From the NCBI GenBank assembly GCA_030704615.1, contig CM060732.1, positions 42,408,001-42,472,000 of the forward strand: DNA of 64,000 bases. Direction: 5' to 3'. Shown in pieces: positions 1-12,725 of this stretch (within the stretch, counting starts at the first letter, position 1; each line of letters begins with the position of its first letter). The translations under genes and the position numbers were made by a program. The notes under the pieces were generated by a model. It was not told the origin of the DNA. It worked only from the letters and a program-made list of their open reading frames with translations, and did no database searches. The DNA comes from Takakia lepidozioides. Its lineage: Eukaryota; Plantae; Bryophyta.

Positions 1-2245
1 AGTGTGTGTGCCTTATGGTGTAATAGGGGTTTTAAGATTTTCCAGACAATATTTTACAATAAATTCAGGGCTTCAAATCCCTATTTAAAAAAAAATGGAA
101 TTCATTTCAGGCTTTGCACCAAATTACAAATGTATTGTGGGTCTTCAGACCATCAAAATGGAGACAAAGATGATGGGAATTCATAGTATCATTAGAGGGC
201 ACTGTACTACATGCAGTGATAAAACATTACAAAGATCATCCATGCATAGAGGTAATATGAGCAAGAATCATCCATATAGAGAGTTGATATGAGAGAAATC
301 ACAACTGATATGCAAAGGCTACTCATAATGCCGGACACTCCAACGAAATAACTCCACTCCTCTCTTCGTCCAAAACCTAGGCACATTCTTTCGATACCCT
401 ACAAGATCCCTATGAAGTTTCACTTTAAACACGACACCGTGCACCTACTCAGCACAACATGTCACACATGTAACTTATAAAACTATTCATCCAATTTATA
501 TATGGATGAAATCAACTAAAAGGCCAATATTCACAATATTCGCAAGTCTTATTTGCATTAAAAAACAATTTGCATTTATTTGGGTTGGCGTGGACGGGCG
601 GGAAGGAGGGCGGCTCGGCGGGGCCGATGCCTTGGTCCAGGGGGCCTCGCGCGCGTGCTTCAAGCCCCCCAATATGAATACCACACAATGGCGGTTAGAA
701 GCTTTAATACGGCAGGTGCAGGTTTTGGTGGAGTGGAGAGTTGATCATGGTGGTACATTGTACATAGTGCAGCAAGAGGGAGAAGGTGTGTGTGTGTTTT
801 GGGGACTGAGTGGATCGGAAGATCGCACACACTCAGACAATACACTAACCTGCAATGAAGAAGAAGAGTACTCTGTGAAAGCTCGCTCATGATACTAGCA
901 AGATGCAAGTTGCTATATTATTAACGGTTTCCAAATCCCAGCAGCGCGAGGATCCCGGAAGGTTGACTTGCTCAATTAGAAGCTGATTCATGCAACTTCG
1001 CGGACCTGCACCTGTACAGAAAGTTGAATAAGCTTGTCACTTATTACTATAGATGTATTCAGGGGAGCGACCAGCTCCCTCCAGTAGCTATCTCTATCTA
1101 GAACATTATAATGTAAATAACAGCTAAAGAAGGCCACAGGTCTGCAGATAAAGTGGGAATGATGAAGGGCTGATATCGATAATATTGGGGAGGGCTCCAT
1201 GCATGCCTGGTTGGCAGTGCACACTCTGAATGCGTCGAACAAGTATAGAGAAGCATAAATGGATCACGCTACTATAGCTATGAGGCAAGGGGAATACAAG
1301 CGAGATAAAAGCACGGGTGGTAGGGAGTTCTAACCAGCACCGTCCACACTGATCATGTCTAGATGTCAGATGCAGCTCATGTTCACGCTTAGCCATAGGA
1401 TCTACTTGTGCCTCGCAAAGTGCGGATGGTCAGCATCTCTATGGGAAGCAAAAGTAAGCGATTTTGTGACGTTCCAGCTCCACGTCTGAAGTCTGAACCT
1501 TTTGAAAACGTTTACAAGTGGAATTCTCGTCTGAGCCTTGAGCGAGATCCAGTACATGACCGCTGATCATTGTCTCTCTCTCTCTCTTTCTTCTCAGTTG
1601 AGGAGCCGAGTACTCCACGCGCTACAAACATATGACCTGCTCAGGTCTCCAGCATGGGCAGCTGCCCGAGAAAGATGTTTATTTTAAAAATTCATTCATT
1701 TAATATCACACTAATTAGGCTCGGCGACTAGCGACTAGCGACCCGGAATTACTTCCCGTGATTTATGACACAAGATGGGTTTCATCCAATAATCATTCGT
1801 TGATATACCGCATCCCGTAACACATTCATCCACAACCTATTCGTTAGATGCACACAATCCAGTACGGCGCCTGTCCTCCGGGCGTGTGCCGGCGACATTG
1901 ACCGGTGTTATCCAGTTACCGACCCCCGGAAGGGCGGGTCCCTCCGGCGGGCCGTTGGTTCTCTCTCTCGGTTTCGCGCTCGCCCTTAGTCTTGTGTGGG
2001 TCCCGTCTCTGCTCGGATCTCTCTGTGGACAACGTGCTGCAAGCAGCTCACAGATTTTCTCCTGTTTTCATGGTCATAACTGTGTACGTTTGTTTCATCA
2101 TCTCTCTGTTTCTGTCGTTTTTTTGCTTCAGTCCCCGTCTGCTTTGCCTGGCTGTTGTCTCCCCCTGCACCTGTTGAACTCTGTGTATTCTGTGCTGTAG
2201 CGTCAGAGCTTCTCTCCTGCATTGCTCGTACTTGTTACTACGTTG

Positions 2246-2249
<4 letters not shown>

Positions 2250-2279
<30 letters not shown>
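2250..2279. repeat. (CT)n microsatellite in the presumed 5' UTR or intron of the 3042 gene
   Basis: About 15 CT units. Confidence 0.9.
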
Positions 2280-2283
<4 letters not shown>

Positions 2284-3041
2284 GCGTATTTGTGCGTACA
2301 CCCGTGTGTGGGTCAGAGTGTTGAGGAAGGTCTGAGAGGGGATCAACGTTGAGTTAGTGGATGTCTTGCATTGTTTTCCCATAGTCCCATTCCTTTCCCA
2401 CCCCCCCGTGGTCGCTCGCTCATGTTCTACTTCAGCCTGACTCGGATGCTGTAATTGTATTATTTGGCGACTGTCCGGGTCGTGCAGCATTTCGTTTGAC
2501 CTATCGAGCGCTTGAAGAAGCTGATTTATTTATTTCATCTCTGTGTTTCCGTCCATATCTCTATTGCTATATGTGGGTGACTCTCTGATGAAGAATCCAC
2601 TCGCACCTCATGTGCGGTTAGCAGCTTCGAAGACAAAATCCGTCGCAGTCAAGGGAATGCTCGTAACAGACGGTAGCATGGAGACGGGCATCATCAGAAA
2701 GTCTGAAGGCAATAGCTTTGTACAATGTTCTGAGCTTTCAAGCTGGTGCCGTATCGCCAACATTGTGTGGATCTGACATATGCATAACAAAGAGTGGTGT
2801 GGGCAGACGGGGTCGGTCCCCGAGTGTGGTCACAGAATGAAGAAATGGAATGCTGGACTGGCGGACAATCAAAGGGGTAGAGGTAGGGTTCCTTTGTCTG
2901 AAATTTAGTGTCTTCTACTCTCCCGCTTCCATTACATGCGTAGCTCGTTGACATTTATTGGAGAAAAGAGAAAGTTGGAAGGAGGTATAGACAGACGTCA
3001 AGATAGAGCAGAAAGGAAGGAGAGTCGGTCGGGGAGACGGA

Positions 3042-5808
3042 ATGGAAATTCAGAGCTTGGAGGCGGATCTGTGGGGAGGAAGGCACGTGCGGAGCAACAG
3101 CAATGTGCAGCCACCGTGGGAGAGCGAGACCCCTTCCCCACTTGGAACACCGTTGTGGAGTCCAACAAGCAATGGGAATGGATATGGCCATGCTAACTAT
3201 GATAACAGTGCTAGCTCATCTCCGGTGGAGCCCGTGCACAGTCATAGTAACTCCTTTTCAGGCACCTTTCCGACACACTCCTACCATTACCGGAACCCAT
3301 CCCTTTCTGGCATTTCTTCTGATGAGAAACGCCTCTCTTTCTCTGGCCCTTTGCCATATCCCAAATCCTTTGATAATGGTTATGCAAGTCCTATGGGGTA
3401 TCGAAGGCAACCCTCCTCTCTCTCTGGCCCTCTCCCTGGAACCAATCCGTATGTGACAAATTACCAGGGCCTGAGCCCCTCCTACAGCGGGCCTACTTTG
3501 TCCAATGAGTATCATGCATCCATCTCGCCTCTCTCTTCCACTCTAGATTCAATACCTCCTCTCAAGACCCCCCCACCTTGGATTGATAGCCCCGATACAA
3601 CTAGCACAAGAAACCCTTATCTAAACCCTCTTTATGATGCTAGTGGAGCAGATAGCCCTCATCTCAGTGTCTCTCAAAGCAGCCTGCCACAGACCCTGGC
3701 CAAAGGCCACTACATTTCGAGCTCCACTAATGCCAGTCCCAGTCGGTCGGCCAATGGGTATCATGTACATCAGAACCATAATAGGGATCAAGGTCGCACC
3801 CAGCACCTCCATGGATACAGGCAACCAGACTCCTCTCTTGCTGCAATGGCATCCTCTTCTCCCCAAAGCAACCCAAAGGCAGCATCCCATCTGGAGCATT
3901 GGGCGTCGTTTGCTAATGGCTACAGAGGGGTTAACCACAGCTCCAAGTTCACCCTGATGACTGGATCTTCATCACCCTCAGAGTTGATTGGTTTTGGCCC
4001 TGCCAGGGACAGCATCAATGGCCCCAACCTGCACTGTGGCAGCTTGGTGACATCCAGGATGCCTGCGAGTCCTGGGTTAAGCAGAAGTACTAGTGTGAGG
4101 AGTACACAGAGTGTTGGAGGTTGCAGCAATGCAACTGCTCGCACCTTCAGCAGAACCTCTAGTGGCAATAGCCTTGGAAGTGGGGATGGGGTGCCTTCAG
4201 TCCAGTTCACAAAGGGACGAGGTAGGTTGGTTGACTCGGTTGTGGAGACGCTCGCCAGGCGTCTGTCAATAGACCATGACAGGCCCAACATTCTGTCAGC
4301 CATGATTTTTGGCACCTCAAAACTATTGCCTTCCCAGTCATCTGCATCAGCACGTGACCTGGTTGAACGAATTTTGCTTGTGCAGCTCTATTCTTTGAAA
4401 TGCTACATGGTGCCGATAGCAGTCGAGCCTGGTGTCTTTGAGCGTCTGAACTGGATTCGTAAACCGGCTCTGAAGCATGGGAATGTGGAGGAGCAGTATC
4501 CGAACGAGGGGTTTCGACTTCTACGGTTGCAGCACCAATACCTAGAGCGTGGCTTGGAGACCTTTGATATGCTGAGTAGGATTGGAAAGCAATCTTCTCT
4601 GCTCATGGCACAGGAAGGGGGGAATACCACGGGGCTTCTCCGGATCGCAAGCTTTGGCGGGGGGCCTGGCTGTGAGGCACTTGTTCTTTGCCTCTACTTC
4701 ATGCGGATGTGTCCAAAATTACAAACACAGGTGCTGTTCAATCCAAATTTGTTGCCTAGTAACACTAAGAAACATAACCATGGAAGGGTGGTACTTTTAA
4801 GCTGTGGCTGCTTTTTTCCTTCAGCTTTTGATACATGGCTGCTCGTTGACCTTGGGTACTTTGGAGTTAAACAAATGACTCTATTTCAAGAGTAGACATG
4901 AAGTCAGATCATCTTAATGTATTGACCTAGATGATTATCTTTTGAGTGGGTCACCATCTGGGAAGTAAAGAAATTCCCAGGCTCTTTTGTCCTCTTTTGG
5001 AGTGACATTGCAGTCAGTACTTGTCACCAACCCTTTGGTGAGTTTAGTGCACCAAAGCTCAGTTTAGGGGAGCTTGTAAATGCTCTCGAATTTAATTTAT
5101 GTTAGAGCATGTTAAGTCTAGGAAGGGGAATCATTTCCAGGGTGTTACAGGCTAACATAGCCATGCAGCACACCCTCTAATAAGTTCTGTAAGTGCTTGG
5201 GTGCTTGGGTGTCTAAAAATCACCTCCCTCCTGTTTGAGATGATGTCTTTTACAATAACTGCAATCTTATGCCATCTATGTAGCCTTCACCAATTTCTCT
5301 GGAAATCTTCCCACCACCACATGGATGGGCATGCCTGAGCATTCTATCTCATTTGCTTAAACTTAGCCATATGCATCAGCCAAGTCATGATTGGCGGTCA
5401 CTGAAGCATTTGAAGTTCCAGTTCCCAAAATTTTCCCTTGTTTGGTGTTGCCAGGTCGACATATTTGATGGCGAACCGGAATGGGAGGTCATGATTGATG
5501 CATTATCTTTGAAAAACATTGGGATTGTCAATGTTGATCTCTTTGATCTTGTGCAGCACCCGACATGGCTGCGCTCCTATCGATTGCTAGTGTTTCTTGA
5601 CAGCTTGGGCAAAAACATGCAGGCCCGGGCCAACAGCCAATGGGATGCCTTTTGGCAAATTCTGCACCAAAACACCAGTGCAAGTGTTTTTGTCATTGTG
5701 AATGAGCACCTGGTTCAGTGGGAGGCTATGAAGCCTAAAAAGGGGTCCCGATGGTGGTGTTCTGCCGTGGCTGAGCAAGAGAGTGTGTATATTGCCCGGA
5801 AAGTGTAG
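3042..5808 (+). CDS. Uncharacterised protein of about 680 aa: long Ser/Pro-rich low-complexity N-terminus and a C-terminal class I SAM-methyltransferase-like fold; 2 coding exons (3042-4730, 5455-5808)
   Basis: The 617-aa ORF 3042..4895 joins ORF 5353..5808 in frame through GT (4731) and CAG (5452-5454) splice sites. Gly-rich motif IASFGGGPGCEAL followed by VDIFD resembles the SAM-binding loop and the acidic residue after beta2. Confidence 0.7.
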
Positions 5809-7222
5809 TGTAGTTTTGTACTGAGTCTCGTCGTCTTCCCCTCTCTCCTCCCCCCCCCCCCTCCGTTAGGTGGGTGTGTGTTCCTGGCTGTCACTCATAC
5901 TGGAACCAGGCAACAATGCTGCAACTAAGGTCACTAAGAAATTTCATTAGTCGGACAGGTTGTCTCAACCATTCTTGCCCCCCTGTCCCCCTCTCCCTCA
6001 ACATCTCATCCACTTCCTCATGGTGACATTGGATTGACCTGATTATTTGGAAGCAGCCATGTCGTTTTACACCGTAGTGAGACTCCATCATGCCAGCTAA
6101 TGCCCACATACTGAAATTGATGTACCCTCAGGTGAGTACACAATGAGCAGCTACATAAATGTGTCTGGCGGGCATGAGGTTGAGCTTCCCCTGTAGGAGA
6201 TGATGCTTCAGGTTTAGTTTTAATTTCAGAAAGCATAGCATCGAGTTAGAATTTCTCGGCAAATTTTAAGGTGTGTTCACCTTTGTAAAGTAAGCCATGT
6301 GAGGTTTATTGCTGCTGGTCAGCTTTGAATGTTCAAATGAATTCTGAAGTTCACCGAGGCTCCTTAGATTCAATTCCACTACGAAGCTTTTATCAGTTTT
6401 CCACCTGCGCCCACCCAGCCAGATATCTTATTGGAAGCGGATCTCTGTGGCCTTCTTGTTGTGTGCCTCATGGGGTCACTTATTCTGTTCGGGATACTAA
6501 ATGAAAGCTTGCCATATTCTTTGGATGGACATAAGCCTCTTCCCTTCTAGACTCTTTCTAGCAGTGGTGGATTAGAGCAGACTTGCATTCTATATTTTCT
6601 GCTGTGGCAACAAGCCTGAAGGAGATAGTGTGTAGCCTTAACGCACGTATTCGTGTTGGGTTGTAGCAGATGACACTGTACTTCAGGTGAGTCTGTGATT
6701 GGGAGCAGACTCTGTCTCTCTCTCACATTCTACAATGTGCCATGGACCCCATGGATTTTAGTAACCTCCATTGTCTTTTTACCTGCTTTTCTTTTGTCTC
6801 ATAAACTCTTTGAGCTTTCGTCTACTACCCAATCTCTCACGAAGGTCTTCCATTACGAGAATCAGAAATGCTTGACTCTTAGGCAATCCCTTCAGCTTTA
6901 GTTGCTTTTGGGCTGTTTGTGGCCCCTCTCTCTTCTGGTTTCTTTCTTCCTTGTCCAATAAGCTCTTTGAGCTTCCCGCGGACATTATAAAGTACCATTT
7001 CATTTCTCTTCAACAAACACCTTGTTCCTTCAACCTCATAACAGGCTCAAAGAAGTATCACATTGCTGGATGCACGCATGCAACATTCTTACCTCTAGAT
7101 TCTTTCCTTTCTTTCTTGTCGAGGGCAGCTGGGCCTCTCTCTTTCTTGTTTTATGTATTCTCTTGTCCCACAAGCTCTTTTTTCATATCTCTCATGATCA
7201 TTCAACGTTGGGGCAAACCCGA

Positions 7223-8145
7223 TCAAGGCCAGCGATGTACGAAAAATCCTTTTGACCGAAGGCCAGCAAAAAGCTGGGAAGCTTGCTCACGGGTGTGGCC
7301 CTGAAACATTTCGGGCCAGTGCCAATCTGACATAGAGGGATGACTGTAGTGGATCTCCACAAACAACTCATCAACCATCTCCACCATCTCTGGGTCCTGC
7401 ATACACAGCTTAAGGATCGGCCACTCGTTCCCCTCTATGTCCATCTTAATTACAAGGGCATCTTCTACTGTGAGTTGCAATCTCTCTTTGATGAACTGTG
7501 TGATGTCTATTTTATTTGAATACACATCTTCAGAATCAGCAACAATCATGTTGTAAATTTCCACCCTGTTGACCATCCACTAGGGGATGGTTGGCTTCTC
7601 TTTCACTCGAATCATGGGCGCTGGCTTCTCCGCCCTCCAGTTGTTTTCTTCCTCAAGGGCTACTTCAGGAAAGCGCAGCAAGTCAACACCCGCTTCAAAA
7701 ACATGAACCTCAGTGAAGTCATAGGGGTACATCTGCATGAACCACTGAATGCTCGTGTTGAACGAGTTAGCTCCTAACTCAAGATACACACGGCGTCTTC
7801 TTATGTTGAGATCTACCTTACTTCCTAGAAGCCAAGGAAGAATGTGTGTTTCATCTGAATCATCATACATGGAGAACTTCAGAGCCGATCCTCTTCTGAA
7901 GTTTTGGCTTCGTCCAGAATGCCCCTTTACTTTGCACTTGGGTGGTAAAAAAAATGAGGTCACCACAGCTGTTCTTGTGGCAGGCCACGTTGTGGACCTG
8001 TGTCCGCCGTGGACCTGCTTCATTGACATAATACCATTCAGTCCAATCCGAACGGAAAGGGTACTTGATTGAAAACATCACTTCGAGTGACGTTTGTAGA
8101 CGGACTGAATGTCGAACTTTGTCTTGAAGACATGGATGATCGAAG
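7223..8145 (-). pseudogene. 3' half of an FkbM/Methyltransf_21-type methyltransferase pseudogene
   Basis: Motifs VYLELGANSFNTSIQWF, EVHVFEA, VIKMDIEGNEWPIL and VDELFVEIHY. In-frame TAG at 7580-7582 and a probable frameshift in the A-run near 7950. Confidence 0.7.
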
Positions 8146-8216
8146 ACTCGAAGTGATGTTTTCGATCAGGCACCCTTTCCGTTCGGACTAGAATGAATGG
8201 TATTATGTAAATGAAG
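8018..8216. repeat. Imperfect inverted repeat with 71-bp arms (8018-8088 / 8146-8216) at the gene/transposon junction
   Basis: CTTCATTGACATAATACCATTC...CATCACTTCGAGT pairs with ACTCGAAGTGATG...GAATGGTATTATGTAAATGAAG. Confidence 0.9.
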
Positions 8217-8249
8217 AGGAAATGTTTACATGTGAACGGAATGTGAAGA

Positions 8250-11200
8250 GCGTGCATCGAGCTACACGGGAAGAATGAACACTCGTAAGTCATCCTCGTA
8301 GGGCAAGGTAGTCTTGTTGACATTAGGCGGTCCATGTTGAGTTTGCCCTTTCAACTTCATGTCCACCATACGTTGCATTTCCAACCTCTTGTGAAGCGCA
8401 TCTTCCACAGGAAACTAGGTCTTTGTCGAACTGTGCATTTGCAAACAAACACGAAGACGGTTATAGGAATTAGGGCCCCAGCAGATATGACATCGCCGAA
8501 AATATTGTGGCGGCAGAAATCCGAGAGGTCTTACCGGACCCGCCCCATTTGGACGGGGGTCGACAAACGTTTGATGGAGGTAGAGGTCGATGTAATGGGT
8601 GCAAAAGTATCCACATTCCCAATCCGAAAGCTGTTGGGGCACATGAGGCCGTGACCACCGGGCTTTGGATGTTGTCCATGTCCATTCAGGCGATGGAAGA
8701 AACATGTCGCGTAGCTCGGCCCACAATTTACCAACATGACAGTGCAGGCGTTGATCATTATGTGAGTTCCGGGCCGAGTTCAGGTGCAGGAACCTGTGAG
8801 CCTCCATAATAATCACGCTCCAGTGGGAACTACAAAACAACTTGCAATATGTGAGCATCTTAAGGAAAAAAAAAACATGAATGTTGAGACGTACGCACCA
8901 TAAATGGAAGGGACTAAGTTAGGAACGAATATGTAAGGCTGGAAACAACAAATGGAGGTAAAGAGTACTTCCCCATAAAAGACGGGTACAATGAGAGCGT
9001 GGATGCCAGAAACTATCATATCCCGAAAACGAGCCTCCTTCCACATTCTAATGGTTTGAGTTGTGCAACCAATGCTTTGCACAATGCTCTCGAAGTGAAA
9101 TCCAAGTAAACGAATGCAAAGCTAAATATTTACACGTAACTTGGTCGGGAAGAGATGAGCCCTTGCATGTAATCCAAAAATCCATCATCCTATCACTGGT
9201 CCAACCCGTTGGATTTTGAAGATTATCCATGTCTTCAAGGCGCAAAGGGCACATGCTTGGCTGGCACTTTTGTGAAGAACCACACATCCGTGCTGTGGTT
9301 TCCGCCTTGTCCATGTCGCCTCCTGATAAACAAATCCCTTGAACTGCATGAATGTTAAATGTTTTGGAGCAGTCTGAATTAACTGATATGGAAAAGAAAA
9401 AATACCTTTTTAATTCAAACCCTGATTAGTATAAAGAATAGGAAAAAAAAATCGCGTTGCTTACTTACATGATCCACCTGCCATATACACTAACAAAAGC
9501 AATACAAATGGTATGTAAAGGTTTGCATTTCAACACCCTACCCTGAAATGGCTGGTATTAAAAAAAACACTGACATCCGAGATGTACACGACAATTCAGA
9601 AAAAAATGCGAACCGGGAACAAGATTACTACTAGTATGATGTAGGTTACTAATTGTATTGTTAGTATTGGAAGTGCGAACAATGACACCAATTTTCGCAA
9701 ATTTGAACGAGGTTGATAGTACGAAGATTTCTGAAACATAGCATGCCCCTCGACAGAGCATGGCATGAGAAAGCATTGGAGAGGACCACGCAAATAATGG
9801 GTTGTTAATTTGTGACCAATGTTGGCGTCCCTATGCGGCGTTGTACCATGTAAATGGAAAAGACTAAAAAAAAGAGGGGTTGATTGCATTGTCGAACTCA
9901 CAGTACGTCCTCCATGGCCGCACTATCAGGTCACGAGTGAACAAGTACCTGCTATACGGTGGTTCCGGTTTTTTCCCTTGAGTACTCTTCTCAATCTTGA
10001 TGCTATTTTGCGCATCCTCCAAAGCCAATTGAGAACCTTCTTTGGTTGATGCTGGTGGAGATGTGGCAGCTGCGGGCAATGAAAGATCCAGGAAGGGTAA
10101 TGGTTGCGGCCGATTTGGAAGGCTTCGCGCACCCTTGGGCCCCCCTTGGGGACGCTTCCAAGAGTGTCCCCGTCAAATCGCCTCTTGGCCAACTTGCTGG
10201 ATGTCTGCTTCAAACCATGCGCGCGCACTTCTTCTCGCATCACATGCACCTGTGCAGTAGAATTTGCATTGGGGGCATGGGGGTGTTCAAGTACAGTGGC
10301 TGGAGAGGGGTTCGATTTGTTGCGAGCCAGTCGACGTCGCTGCCTTCCAACCACCGCCGTCACGTGTGCATCACGAAAATCATATGGTTGTTCTTCTGCT
10401 GCAGTAGGTGGATCGGCCTGGACTATGCAATCGTCTCGTTGCCCGATATCGTCGTGCCCATCCACATATGCAGGTTGTACAACGCTGAAGGACAGATCAT
10501 CCCCTTCGCACACATTACTCCACAATGCCCGCAGGTTGTTCCAGTCCAGGGTCGTGGATGCATATGGAATCATTCATGAATATGTAATATTGGTCACCTG
10601 CACGGCAGTGCAACGTTGAGAATGAAGAACGAAATCGCATGAAGAGCCATGTCACCAAGGAAAAAAAAAAAAAAAAAAAAACGAAAGAAGGGGAAAAAAG
10701 TTGGACGGAGCGTACCAGGCATCCAATCGATCCATAAATCCTCCCGCTATTTGAGGCATTTATGAAATTGATCCAGGGCCGCTTCTCTGGCATCACGATT
10801 TGTTGTGGTCCCACACCACAGTGTGTGAAAGTGTTCGGGAAACGCAATTGCCATGTCCCCGACTGTTCTTATTCTGATGAGAGAAACATTTGCGTGTATT
10901 TTCTCCGATGCATACTTGCGTTGGGCAGGGCTGTTTCTTGTGAGAGCATCGACGATGTCGTCCAGCTCAGACTTGGCATGAATAGGGTCTGGCATATTGC
11001 CAAACACGAAAGACCCCAAACTGAGTAGCATTGTAGCAGATGCTCGGACAACTCTGCGTCTAGTTCCAGATCCAGGTAGTATTTTAAGCATGTCTGTGAA
11101 CGGGTTATCAAAAATGGTGGAAACAGGCAAGTTCGTGTCTACTTGGCGATAGCCTTAAACACTCTGGCCTCCAGAAGTTTGATGTAACCAATGACCAATC

Positions 11201-12030
11201 CTTCTGTGACAGTTGCTCTTATCCTATACAGTGGCTCAAAATCTGTTTCTTCCAAGTGAAACTGTAACGGGGTAAACTCCATGAAGTCCTCGCCATAATA
11301 CACCTTCACTCCGGGTACCCCAGGAGGATTCGACGCCGTTTTGAATTTCACGTCAACGTAAGAGACCCCTCCATTTGTCCTTTTCGATTTGGTTCGTTGT
11401 TTTTTGGGTGCCACGAGAGGAGGTACTTGTTTGTCAGCGCTAGGGGGTTTAGACAACCACTTTCTTTGAACATGAGTCCGTATGGACCTCCTGGGATTCT
11501 CTGCAACGACAGGGTTCACGATGCTCCCGGTACGGGGGTTTTCCGAGGTAGAGGTGGTTTGTTCTGAGTTTCTTGCACGTGCTGGAACCTGCGGTCCTTC
11601 CTCGTCTGAGGCTGGGGAGCCGATTCGTCATGGGAAGAAGTGTCGCCCTTCACAGCGTCGCCCCGGACTGCAGCCTGAAACTCACTGTTGTCCTTGTCGG
11701 TGTCGCCCTTCTCTTCGACACCCTTCTTAGAGTCACTCTTATCGGTGTTACCTTTCGTGTTGTCTCCCTCGTCGGTGACAATCACTTCTAAGTCGCCCTT
11801 CTCTACGACACCCTTCCCAGTTTCACTCCTGTCAGTGTTACCCTTCGTTATGTCACCCTCGCCAGTGGCAACCCTCTCTGTATCACCCTTGGCAGTGTCA
11901 CCCTGCTCAGTAATAACCTTCTCTTCCTGACCCTCTGCAATGCAACCTTTCTCGGTGTAACCCTCTTTTGTGTCGCCCATCTCAATGTCGCTCTTTTCTG
12001 CACCAACCTTCTCAATGTCATCCTTCACTG
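8250..12030 (-). pseudogene. TE-borne multi-exon gene ending in a Ulp1/C48 SUMO-protease-like domain; N-terminus of acidic KGDT-type repeats
   Basis: GWTSDRMMDFW, VPVF..., SHWSVII and VPQQLSDWECGYF match Ulp1 motifs (His, Gln, Cys). Repeats such as EKGDTDK and KGNTD in ORF 11516..12028. Confidence 0.65.
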
Positions 12031-12280
12031 TGTCACCCTTCTCTGGTATAATGGAGGTTAGTTATTTCATGAGCATGAGCGACACGAGCGGAGTAGTAAG
12101 ACAATCGGTTTTCATGAGCAGAAGTATAAATTCTGGAAATAAAAAACATAAAAAAACATAATTTTAATGGAATGTGTCAGAAAAAAACCAAAATAATATT
12201 CATTGTTTGAAGTAGTAGTTTTGAGAGCCGTGCTCATGATATTTCATCTTCCGCTCATGCGAATTCTGAGCAACATCTGC

Positions 12281-12510
12281 AAAAATGGCGCCGAATTTCG
12301 CGGTAATAGGTTCTGCAACCGGAGAAATCTGCGACGTATTTCGCGGTAATAGGTGTCTCCGGCGAAAAATGGTACCGAATTTCGCGGCTATAGGTCTCAA
12401 CATGGCAAGTATGTAAGCCCAATGTGGCGCCGAATTTTGGTACATGGTGCCGGGGATTGCACAGATGTTGGGCAGTTCTGGGCCATGTAACTGGAAATTC
12501 GGCGCCATTT
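12281..12510. repeat. Cluster of GGCGCCGAATTT-type motifs upstream of the Ulp1 gene
   Basis: About 5 degenerate copies, e.g. AAAATGGCGCCGAATTTCGCGGTAATAGG; the last is inverted (AAATTCGGCGCCATTTT). Confidence 0.8.
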
Positions 12511-12725
12511 TTCCAGAAATGGCCCCCACAACTGCTACTGTTGGAACTCAGTTTTCTGGAAGATTTGCAAATTTTTCCTGCCACCATCTTAGTACTGTTT
12601 CGACATTGAATTGCCACTGGACGTCAATGGATATCCAGCAGTCCATAGTGTTTAAAATAGATTACAAAGTCTAATGCATAAAAATGCAATTGCAAATATC
12701 CATATGGTGGATTCCCTTTGCCCCA

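Noticed and set aside
1-3000. Short ORFs (e.g. 506..892, 1886..2200) as genes
   Set aside because: No recognisable motifs; low-complexity promoter, UTR or intron-like sequence.
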